DNA of 64,000 nt, taken from positions 124,001 to 188,000 of the forward strand of contig NW_025767658.1 in NCBI RefSeq assembly GCF_003918875.1. Reading direction: 5' to 3'. Shown here in pieces: positions 26,401 through 38,400 of this stretch. The first letter of the stretch is position 1. Each line of letters opens with the position of its first letter. Both the position numbers and the translations under genes were made by a program. This DNA comes from Haliotis rubra (Eukaryota). The notes beneath the pieces were generated by a model. That model saw only the letters and a list, made by a program, of their open reading frames with translations, was not told the origin of the DNA and ran no database searches.

Positions 26401-29400
26401 CTGGTGATTGTGAGAGGTGTGTGGTGGGTGAGGTTGGAGCTTGATGATAGAGCGTGATAGAGGTTGATTGTGAGAGGTGGATGATGGGGTGAAGGTTGGA
26501 GGTTGATGATGGAGGTGTGTTGGAGGTTGATTGTGAGAGGTGGGTGGTGGGTGAGGGGGAGGAGGTTGATGATGGAGAGTGATGGAGGCTGGATTGTGAG
26601 GAGGTGGGTGGTGGGTGAGGGTGGAGGCTGATGATGGAGTGTGATGGATGTTGATTGTGAGAGGTGGGTGAGGTTGGTGGTTGATGATGAGGGATGGAGG
26701 TTGATGATGGAGGTGTGATGGAGGTTGATGATGTGAGAGGTGGGTGGTGGGTGGATGGGTGAGGGTGGAGGTTGATGATGGAGTGTGATGGAGGTTGATT
26801 GTGAGAGGTGGGTGGTGGGTGAGGTTGGAGGTTGATGATGGAGTGTGATGGAGGTTGATTGTGAGAGGTGGGTGAAGTTGGAGGTTGATGATGGACTGTG
26901 ATGGAGGTTGATTGTGAGAGGTGGTGAGGGTGGAGGTTGATGGTATAGTGTGATGGAGGTTGATTGTGAGAGGTGGGTGGTGGGTGGTGGGTGAGGCTGG
27001 AGGTTGATGATGGAGTGTGATGGAGGTTGATTGTGAGAGGTGGGTGGTGGGTGAGGGTGGAGGTTGATGATGGAGTGTGATGGAGGTTGATTGTGAGAGG
27101 TGGGTGAGGGTGGAGCTTGATGATGGGGTGTGATGGAGGTTGATTGTGAGAGGTGGGTGGTGGGTGAGGGTGGATGTTGATGATGGAGTGTGATGGAGGT
27201 TGATTGTGAGAGGAGGGTGGTGGGTGAGGTTGGAGGTTGATGATGGAGTGTGATGGAGGTTGATTGTGAGAGGAGGTCTGGTGGGTGAGGGTGGCGGTTG
27301 ATGATGGAGTGTGATGGAGGTTGATTGTGAGAGGAGGGTGGTGGGTGAGGTTGGAGGTTGATGGTTGATTGTGATGGATGTTGATTGTGAGAGGAGGGTG
27401 GTGGGTGAGGTTGGAGGTTGATGGTGGAATGTGATGGAGGTTGATTGTGAGAGGAGGGTGGTGGGTGAGGTTGGAGGTTGATGGTGGAGTGTGATGGAGG
27501 TTGATTGCGAAAAGGTGGGTGGGTGTGATGTGGGATGGAGGGAGGGTGGAGGTTGATGGTGGAGCGTGATGGAGGTTGATTGTGAGAGGTGGGTGGTGGG
27601 TGAGGTTGGAGGTTGATGATGGATTGTGATGGAGGTTGATTGTGAGAGGTGGGTGGTGGTTGAGGTTGGAGGTTGATGACGGAGTGTGATGGAGGTTGAT
27701 TGTGAGAGGTGTGTGGTGGGTGAGGTTGGACGTTGATGATGGAGCGTAATTGAGGTTGATTGTGAGAGGTGTATGGTGGATGAGAGTGGAGGTTCTTGGT
27801 GGAGAATAAGGGAAATGTGACGGTGATCAACATCAATAATAGAACAACATAAAACATACACATAATAAAACAAAACAAAAGAATATTGCCCATCTATATA
27901 TATGTTCTGCTTCATGTTGTCAGATTCGGGATATCAACCATGCCAACTTGGCCCGACTGTGTGGGGCGTGTTTGGATGCCCGCAGCAGGGTATTAGTAGG
28001 AGAGTACTGTCCGAAGGGAACGCTACAGGTCAGAACCTTTTAATCTATTGAACTGACCGTTATACCGAACTGACAGTTATAACGAACTGACGGTTATATC
28101 GAACTGACAGTTATAACGAACTGACGGATATAACGAACTGACAGATATAACGAACTGACGGTTATATCGAACTGACGGTTATATCGAACTGACAGTTATA
28201 ACGAACTGACAGTTATAACGAACTGACGGTTATATCGAACCGACGGCTATATCGAACTTACAGTTATATCGAACTGACAGTTATAACGAACTGACAGTTA
28301 TAACGAACTGACGGTTATATCGAACTGACGGTTATATCGAACTTACAGTTATAACGAATTGTCCTGACCACTGGATCTTTTAGTCAAATGTGTTTGACGA
28401 CCTACAACGATCTAAGGTTAGTCGTCTCTGTGAGTCTAATCACTAGTTACTGTCTTATAATTGTTAGAACGTTTTGCTGATCAACGATAATGTTTTAGTA
28501 CATTTTGTCAGCCCACTCCCTGTTCAGTGCCAGGAAAGTTATATGAACGAAACGTTGAAAAAGATAATCCCGCTTCTTGCTACAACTTAGGACCCGGGTG
28601 AGATTCAATGCTTGTCGAGTCTTTCAAGCACATTATTCTGAAACGTTTCAAGGCACACGTAGTAGGATCAGCCAATTGACCTGGTGCAGAATTTATTGAC
28701 TATCTGCTGAAGGTCAAATCTATACATACTTCACCTGTGACGATGTGGGTTAGAATTAATCTTCTGTAACCCATTCTTGTCGTAAGAGGGTAGTCAGGCT
28801 CGCTGGTTTGGCCGACACATGTCGTATTCCAGCGGCTTCGATCGATGCTCATACTGTTGATCACTGGATTGTCTGGTTCAGACTCGATTATTTAGAAACG
28901 CAAAATAGCTGGGATATTGCTGAGTGTGGCGTTAATCAATCCATCGATCGATTAATCAATCAATCAATCAATCAATCAACCAATCGATCGATCTATCGAT
29001 AAATCAATCTGTGAGTATGATTTTTTTAAACTAACATCTGCTCCCCCGAGACCGATCTCCCAACTTCATGTCTCCACAGGATCTGTTGGGCAACCCCCAG
29101 ATTAAACTGGACGCGCAGTTTAAGTTTTCTCTTGCAATCGACATCGTGCAGGTGAGTGAACGACGAAATTAATTTTAGATATAAATCTGTTCACTGATTC
29201 TGTTTAGCTGAATTAAACTGATTGCCAGCTTTCTATTTCGTGTGTCTGTTGTTTGTTATTTTGTCTCAGTTTTTGTCCTGCCAGTGACATTTCCATACAG
29301 TTATTAGCTGTTCATATTAATCAGGTGTTGAGTCGCCTCCCCTAACCACACCAGGATCTGCTTATAGGATTTTTCGAGTAAACAATTCTTAAGCATAATG

Positions 29401-32400
29401 GATACATGTTATGATTATAACTAACTATTACTAGAAGTTTGTAAAATTATCAAAGTTTCTAAAAGTTATCGGGTCTCTGAAACAATATGTAATGACGTTT
29501 TGACATAAGTTGTAATTTTACGTCAGGTTTTAGGAAACGCACTTGGAATTGTCCGTAAGCCATTTAAACTTTGTCGAATTTTGGAGACTTTGCCATATAG
29601 CTGGGACAGTGGATAAGTTGGGAATTAACGAGGGCGAAAACCCTAAATATGACAAAAGGATTCGAACCCACGATTAGAGCATCTTGCAGAATTACAAGTG
29701 ACTGCATTCCCCTTTGTACCCCATAATGTACACAGTTTTCGTGTTCTACAGGGGATGTGCTTCCTCCACGACAGCCATCTACGTCGTCACGGTCGTCTGA
29801 AGAGCAGCTGTTGTCTGATTGACAATCGTTTCACTGTCAAACTGGCTGACTTTGGGCTGCAGACGTTGTACAGCAACATCACCGTTGACAAATCATCCCA
29901 GGAATATCTTAACGGTGCGTCCAGTGAATGAGCGGACGTACACTTTTGTTCGAAAAAAGGTCTGATTTGTCGGGTCCAAATTAGAAAGGTAGCACGAAAG
30001 AACATGTCAACACTGAGAACTTGTTTGAGAACTAAAGTAACCCAAACCTGTACCGTGACATCTTCGTCGCTCCAGGGTCTATTGTTCACATGTAAATACT
30101 CTTCGTCCAGTTTCCGTTACCATGGAGGAAGGGACGTCACATTCACAATTTCTCCTACCGATACGTTGTACAATATTTCTCTGTGTGCTTATAACCGGTG
30201 TCTGTTTTGAAAATATACCGCAATCGAATATAAGGCAGCAAATAGTCAACTGCATCTTTCTTTGTGGAAGATATAAGAGTCTACTTGGGGGAGTAGTTGG
30301 GTTTGTGAGTGAGTGAGTGACTGGGTAACTTACTGACTGGCAGACGGACAATGGCATTTTTCTTTATGGAAGACAGGAGTGAGTGAGTGAGTGGGTGGGT
30401 GAGTGTGTGGGTGAGTGAGTGTTTGGATGGGTGAGTGAGCGAGTGAGTGTTTGGATGGGTGAGTGAGCGAGTGAGTGTTTGGATGGATGAGTGTGTGAGT
30501 GAGTGTTTGGATGGGTGAGTGAGCGAGTGTGTGTTTAGATGAGTGAGTGAATGTTTGGATGGGTGAGTGAGTGAGTGTTTGGATGGGAGGTTTAAGTCGG
30601 GTATGTGTGGGTGGGTGAGTGAGTGAGTGAGTGAATCACCGATTCAGGCAATGAAATATTCGGGCATGGAAATAATCTGGATTGCTCTAAAAATAACACA
30701 AATTGTTATTCAGTACTGCTGTATTTCACACTGGTATCACAGTCGATGTAAGATTCATCATATCAATGAATGTCTCACAAAGATAGGGATAGGTGCCTGA
30801 CGTCTTATGGATGATTTATCGATTTCACAGACTAATGTACTGAGAAACATTACCTTCGTTTTCCTGCCATTTGCATTGCCTTCAAGAAATACACGAGAAT
30901 GTTGTTTATACATAATGGAGGATTTCATACCACTGACAGTCATATGTTTCATGACTAATGTCGATTGTAATCAAGACAGGTTATGTATCTACGTTGAAGA
31001 AGTAATGGTTTAATGAGAGTTTCTTGTAATCAACAGAATGTTTATGGGCAGCACCGGAAGTACTACGGGGGTGACTTTGCTAAAGGAACCAAAGAAGCGG
31101 ATATGTACAGTTTCGGCATCGTTCTGCAGGAGATAATCACGCGAGAATCTCCTTTCTATAACGAGATATTGGATGTAACTGTGTCAGGTTGTATATCAGT
31201 AATCACCTTAATTCATTGTGTACGATCAGTCTGTTGATGTGTGCATACGTACGTACGGCAAATTCTAATGATGTTTGCTTTTCTTTTTTCTTTTTATCCA
31301 GAAACAAACATGCCGCACCCACACAAACCCACGAACATGCACAGACACATACGCTCCAACGACCCCAATCAAATATCAATTGGATACAGAATCGACTCGT
31401 GACGATCCGGGTTAGAATTGGTCTTCAGTACCCCATGCTTGTTGTAGGAGGCGACTAACGGGATCAGGTGGTCAGGCTCGCTGACTTGGTTGACACATGT
31501 CATCGGTTCCCAATTGCGTAGATCGATGGTCATGCTTTTGATTACTGGATTGTCTGGTTCAGACTCGATTATTTACAGACCGCAGTTACATAGCTGAAAT
31601 ATTGTTGAGTGGGGCGTTAAATGACAAACAATCCAAGTAAAAGAAACAAACAAACGTAAACAAATCATCTAAAATTAATTTCTACTTGTCTCTATCCTAA
31701 GTCTAATTCCGCAGTGTCATTTCTTCATTCCAGATATACTTGCCAAGGTCATCAAGGGAGGTAACCCTCCTATGCGACCCAGCTGTGAAGTACCAAACAG
31801 CTTGACGGAGCTGCATGAGCTGATGCAGAGCTGCTGGGCAGAGGATCCAGAGGGCAGACCGAGCTTCCAATCCATACGAAAAGACCTCAAGAAAATACTC
31901 GCGTGAGTCAAACCCATTCCGTTATGAGATTCCTGTGTGATCATTATACCTCTGTCGTCGTTCTAACCCTGTTACTATGCTTCCAATGTAGACATGTTTG
32001 CCCTGTAAGTGGTGTACCCCAGTGACCATTCTTCCGTGGTGAACGTTCGTTCCCTGTGGCTTCCGCTGTGACCATTCTTCCCCAATGATTATTCTTCCCC
32101 AGTGACCATACTTCTGCTGTGACTGCTCTTCCCATGTGACAATTATTTCTTGGTGACCGCCCTACCAATGTAACCATTTTTCCCTTGTGAACTTTCTTCC
32201 CGTGATCGTTCTTCCCCCGTGACCATTCTTCCAATGTGACTGCTCTTCCCATGTGACAATTATTTCTTGGTGACCGCTCTACCAATGTGACCATTCTTCC
32301 CTTGTGAACTTTCTTCCCGTGATCGTTCTTCCCCCGTGACCATTCTTCCAATGTGACTGCTCTTCCAATGTGACAATTATTTCTTGGTGACCGCCCTACC

Positions 32401-35400
32401 AATGTGACCATTCTTCTAATGTGACTGCTCTTCCCATGTGACAATTATTCCTTGATGACCGCCCTACCAGTGTGACCATTCTTCCCTTGTGAACTTTCTT
32501 CCCGTGATCGTTCTTTCCCCGTGACCATTCTTCCAATGTGACTGCTCTTCCCATGTGACAATTATTCCTTGATGACCGCCCTACCAGTGACCATTTTTCC
32601 CTTGTGAACTTTCTTCCCGTGATCGTTCTTCCCCCGTGACCATTCTTCCAATGTGACTGCTCTTCCCATGTGACAATTATTTCTTGGTGACCGCCCTACC
32701 AGTGTGACCATTCTTGCAATGTGACTGCTCTTCCCATGTGACAATTATTCCTTGATGACCGCCCTACCAGTGTGACCATTTTTCCCTTGTGAACTTTCTT
32801 CCCGTGATCGTTCTTCCCCCGTGACCATTCTTCCAATGTGACTGCTCTTCCCATGTGACAATTATTTCTTGGTGACCGCCCTACCAGTGTGACCATTCTT
32901 CCAATGTGACTGCTCTTCCCATGTGACAATTATTTCTTGGTGACCGCCCTACCAATGTGACCATTCTTCCCTTGAAAACTTTCTTCCCCAATTGTCATGC
33001 TCCCCCAGTGACCATTCTTCCCTTGTGAATGTTCTTCCCGTGACCGTTCTTCCCCATGACCATATTTCACCTGTGACCATTCTTCCCCGGAGACCCTGAA
33101 TCCCCTATGACCGTTCCTGCTCTACGGCTGTCGATACTGTGTAATACGACACATGAGAGTCGTTGAATTTGAGAAGTTTGTTGGCCCGTATATTGACGAT
33201 AATTAGTACCGCTCATGACATTAATCATTCTTGTCGCCATCAACTTGGTTCAGTCCTACCCAGACATGCATAGATATGTTTCAATTCTGTAGTCTGACCA
33301 CAAACCAGTTTGAACCAGTAATATGATAAGTTCAGTCCTACCCAGACATGCATAGATATGTTTCAATTCTGTAGTCTGACCACAAACCAGTTTGAACCAG
33401 TAATATAATAAGTCCTGTCCCTCCGAGACATGCATAGATATGTTTCAATTCTGTAGTCTGACCACAAACCAGTTTGAACCAATAATATAATAAGTTCAGT
33501 CGAAACTGAGTAGTCCGACATTAGAGCTTCTTTGAATTTGTTCAATTCGTTGACAAATATACGGAAGATAACTGGTAACGCAGCATGATCTTCCTGATTC
33601 TGTCTGAGAGACAAGTTTCAACTCTGTCTGACTATAAAGTTGGCTAAACCGGAATTACAATTCCCCAATGGCTATAGACTGTTTGCGGTGAAAACGTACC
33701 GATTAATTTCACTTTAAGCAAAAAAGTAATCAAATAAAGTGAAATTTAGATTGCGAATCCTCCTAATTTTACCTTGCCATTTGTAAATTTAAATCTCAGA
33801 ATTGTATTCAACTTAGGATAAAAGTTGTTTAACAAACGATCATAGTTTCACGTTGGTATTATTGGTTTGTATTACAAGGGGGTATGCACATTAGATGAAA
33901 CACCGAGAACAAGTAGTGTTTGTCTAAGTTGGTCTACGCTCATCACGTACCGCACGTGCATTTGTTTCGCTGTTCCAACTACTGAGCTTACCCCCTTGTA
34001 ATACAAACCAATATAAGCGATTTGAAACTATGATCGTTTGTTAAACAACATTTTTCCCAAGTTGAATAAAAATCTATGATTTAAATTTCCAACTGGCAAG
34101 ATAGAATTATGAGGATTCGCAATCTTAATTTCACTTTAAACGATTTACATTTTTGTTTAAAGTGAAATTCACTTGTACGTTTTCACTGCAAACAGACTAT
34201 AGTCGAAAATAAATAATAGGACAATGGAGTTTTTTTAATTTTGTAACTGTTGATACTGACGATAACTAGTAACGCAACATGACCTTTTTTTTCTTGTCAC
34301 CATCTACCTGGAGAGATGAAGATATTTGTTTTAATTCTGTAGAGTTTGACCACAAACATGGCTAAAAGAGTAACAAAGCAACCAAAATAGTACGTCATCT
34401 ACGTTGTCTTTGTAGGCGTTTTGGTGAGTCCGGGAACTTGCTGGACTCCCTCCTGAGACGCATGGAGCTGTACGCCAACAACCTGGAGAAGCTGGTGGAG
34501 GAGAAGACGCATGAGTTGCGGGAAGAGAAGAAGAAGTCGGAGGAGTTGCTGTATCAGATCCTCCCCAGGTAGACAAAAACACGTAAAATCCACCCAGGTA
34601 GAGAAAATCAAGCAAGACAAAGACCTATACAGCGCTTCGAAGTATGTTCCCATTTTGCCTGTAAGAGACCAGGGGTCTGATCACTAGTAGTCGGCTGCAG
34701 CCCTAACGCCTTGTGGTGTGATCTGTAATGACACGCGTTGTTCCGTGAGCTGTCCTAAAGGTTTCCCCATGTTTAAGCGTCAACCTTGTTAATGTGTCAT
34801 TCTCCAGATGTTTGGGGTTGAATGAAATGTACACTGCCTCTTTTGTATCTCTTTTGACATTTTCAGATAGGTTAGAGCTGTGTTGGTATTGTATGATGTG
34901 GAGTGTTCAGTAAATTGTTTTGGTTGTGTTCTGAAGAATGATCTTGGAGTCATTTGTAACATTCTGCTGCGTTTGGACACACAGTGTTAAAACCTCAAAA
35001 AAGACCCGTTTCTTTAGCTATTCAAATTAAGTCCGTTTATAGCATTACATGCTTTTAAAATATGTCTACATTTGAATCTGCTACAGATCTGTAGCTGAGA
35101 GGTTAAAGCGAGGCCTGAGAGTTGAGCCCGAGGAGTTCGAATGTGTCACCATCTACTTCAGTGACATCTGCGGTTTCACCAACATCTCCGCCAGGTCAAG
35201 CCCCATGCAGGTTAGTTCTTGATTAACGACATCACAGGGACTCCATATTCCTCTCCACTACTACATCCACGTCTGACGACCGCCTCCGTGGTGTAGTGGT
35301 TAGAGCGTCCGCCCGGAGAGCGGAAGGTCGCGGGTTCGATCCCCGACCGCGTCATACCAAAAGACGTTAAAACATGGTACTTGTTGGTCCCTGCCTGGCG

Positions 35401-38400
35401 CTCGGCATTAATGGGTACAATAAGGACTGGTCGGCTCGAAGTCAGTATAATGTGTCTGAGTGGGGTATTCATGCTTCACTGCGGCATGGTATCTCAGTGG
35501 GCTAGCACTATAAAACCAGCTTCAGTCTGGGCTAGTACAAGCAGCCGCGCATACACATACACACGCATGCATGTCGTCATATGAGCGAAATATTCTCCAG
35601 CACGACGTAAAACCCAATTTCACCTCACCTCACCTCCACGTCTGACAGGATGCCATTGATAATGAACACAGAAATTTAATTCTAAATTTTAAAATCTTTA
35701 GAAAGTATCCGGTGTATATTTATCCACATCTGAACTCTTCAAAGGTAGAAAAAAATGTAGAAAATACTCCATAACCCGCAATGATGCTCGTCCAGAGACT
35801 GGATAACGCCATCACGTGATGTTCAGAAGAGTAGAACGGTCTTCTTGTAATTACATGTACTACAAAATACTCGCCTACGCGACCACACAGACGCAAGAAA
35901 AAAAAATACGCAAAATGAAATTAAACAATCACAATAATTTATTTTTTTACGGTTACATTTTTGTCCTCAGGTGGTGGACCTCCTCAACGACCTCTACTCC
36001 TGCTTTGACGCCGTCATCGACGCCTACGACGTCTACAAGGTACCCGTTTGGTACCTTCATTAAGATTATATAAACAATAACCAAACAGTATCATACACGT
36101 ACTATTTATGCTGTGTATCAAGTGCAACCATGGAGATATAGTGAATGTGATTAGTTTTACGCCGCACTCCGCAATATTCCAGCTATATGGCGGCTGTCTG
36201 TAAATAATCGAGTCTCGACCAACCAATCCAGTGATCAACAGTATGAGCATCGATCTACGCAATTGGGATACGATGGCATGTGTCACCTAAGTCAACGAGC
36301 TTAAATGCTCGATCCCGTTAATCGCCTCGTACGACAAGCATGGGTTACTGAAGTTCAATTCTAACCGGATCTTCACGGGTCCATGGAGATTAAATAATAT
36401 ACTGCTATATATCATCTACACTGGAGAATAGCCAGTCTGGATTAATTCCTGAAGCAGATTATGTGTATGGATCACTGAAATCCAGTGTTGACATTGGGTG
36501 GCTGCGAAATGGGTATGTTCTGCCTCACGACGGCGAATACTTAATGTGAATCAATAACCCGTTGCTTTTTAGCCTACAATGTTGAATTTATGAGTGAGAG
36601 AGTTTAGTTTTACGCCGCTTTTAGCAATATTCCGGCGGGGAAAACCAGAAATGGGCTTCACATATTGTACCCGTGTGGGGAATCGAACCCGGGTCTTCGG
36701 CGTGACGAGCCAATGCTTTAACCACTAGGCTACCCCACCGCACCTGAAGTTATGAGTAAATATGTACAACTGACGGACATATTAGGATTTCCCAGATTGT
36801 GAAAGGTAGAAATCTTTGCTAGAACGGAATGAAAACACCAGCTTGTCGGGTCACTGACAATGGCAGAAAAAAGAAAGGGAAATATGTAGCCCAGTGGTCA
36901 ACATAGGGATGAAGTTGCCTCGCTTAGCCGTACAAGAATCCGACAACGATAGTTCGATGGTTCCATCCCCAAGTTCGTCCCAATGATGGCCATTGGTCTG
37001 AATCAAACGATATCATTTGAGAACAATATTGCTTACACCAATTTCTAATGGTACTGAGTAAAGCAAGCAGGAATAACTGATCGTGTGTGAAACGCTAATG
37101 AGATTGATAACGTAATGTCTTCATACCCTCTCCCAGGTGGAAACTATCGGCGACGCGTACATGGTTGTTTCTGGCCTACCACAGAGGAACGGAAACAAAC
37201 ACGCCGAACAGATCGCCCTGATGTCGCTGGCTCTTCTGAGGGCGATAGACACGTTCAGGATGCGCCACCTACCGGGAGAGAAACTCAATCTGAGGATTGG
37301 CTTGCATTCAGGTAGGAAGAACCGGCTGTAAAATATGTCCGTTGATGTACTTTAGATGTATTCTATGTTTCAAAATCACATGAATTTATCTCCAGACTGG
37401 AAACGTAGAGTGACGTTTGTTCTGATATGCTCTACTATAATGTCAATTTATATATGTTTTACAATTTTTTCACTACCGAAGTCAACAAGGAATTACCCAC
37501 AACAAAGTTTTGTGTGAAACTGTGCGACAAAATACTAATAGACTGACCTCTGACATAGCGACAGTGTGTTTAAGGGTAGGGCAGTGGGTAATATATACTT
37601 TGTCACGTACGCAAAAGATGTTTATCAAATTTCAGTTTTGAGCCCAATTATTGCCCGTTAAACGAAACAAATTACCAAGTCTGTCCGTGATGCTAAGTAA
37701 TATTCTGCAGGCGATGTGTGATGTTTGATGTTTTCTCCAAAGACTATGTTTGTTGTTTACGTCTCCTGAGAAGCCATATTTTATATGTTTATTTTCTAAA
37801 CATGGTGGAATATTTCTCTCATGCGGATCCGTGTGATATTTATTTTTACACAGGGTCTGTGTGTGCGGGAGTGGTTGGACAGAAGATGCCGAGATACTGC
37901 CTATTTGGAGACACCGTAAACACGGCGTCTAGGATGGAATCTCATGGAGAGGGTGAGGACATTCCCCCTTAGTCAAGGGCGTTACGAGACTATGAACGTT
38001 CTGCTCCCATCATTAAAAAATACTTTCTAATGTTGTGGTTTCGTCATAGCGTCACTGGTCGTTTTTATGGATTATATCCTTTATATGTCGTTCCAACTCA
38101 CCAGAAGGGTTCCGCCTTGCCTTTGTTTCAGACAGTGTCGTCGATAATGAAAATCGTTTTTGTAATCATACAAATCTTACATTGCGAAATGCATCAGGTG
38201 ATAAGAGTACCTTGAAGACGTTGGTAAGGACGCTTGTAGACAGACAGCATGGCTACTCACCAGCGAAATGGACTCAAAAAACACGTAGCAAAACTCTTCT
38301 CCCACAAACTTTCAAAATAATATAAACCTTGAAATTATATTTTTCACGAACATGTTCAGATATTCCATATGTTGTTTTCCGACACTCTACACAATGTCAC

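Noticed and set aside
25237-27915. 892-aa and 835-aa His/Pro/Ser/Thr-rich ORFs on the minus strand
   Set aside because: They are translations of a 60-bp minisatellite that lacks stops in two frames. They lie antisense in an intron and run into SINE B sequence.
31067-31074. Programmed ribosomal frameshift in exon 15
   Set aside because: No canonical slippery heptamer or evident stimulatory structure; a homopolymer error or mutation is simpler.
35278-35350. tRNA-like sequences (heads of SINE A and C)
   Set aside because: They continue into SINE bodies with tails and TSDs, so they are not stand-alone tRNA genes.
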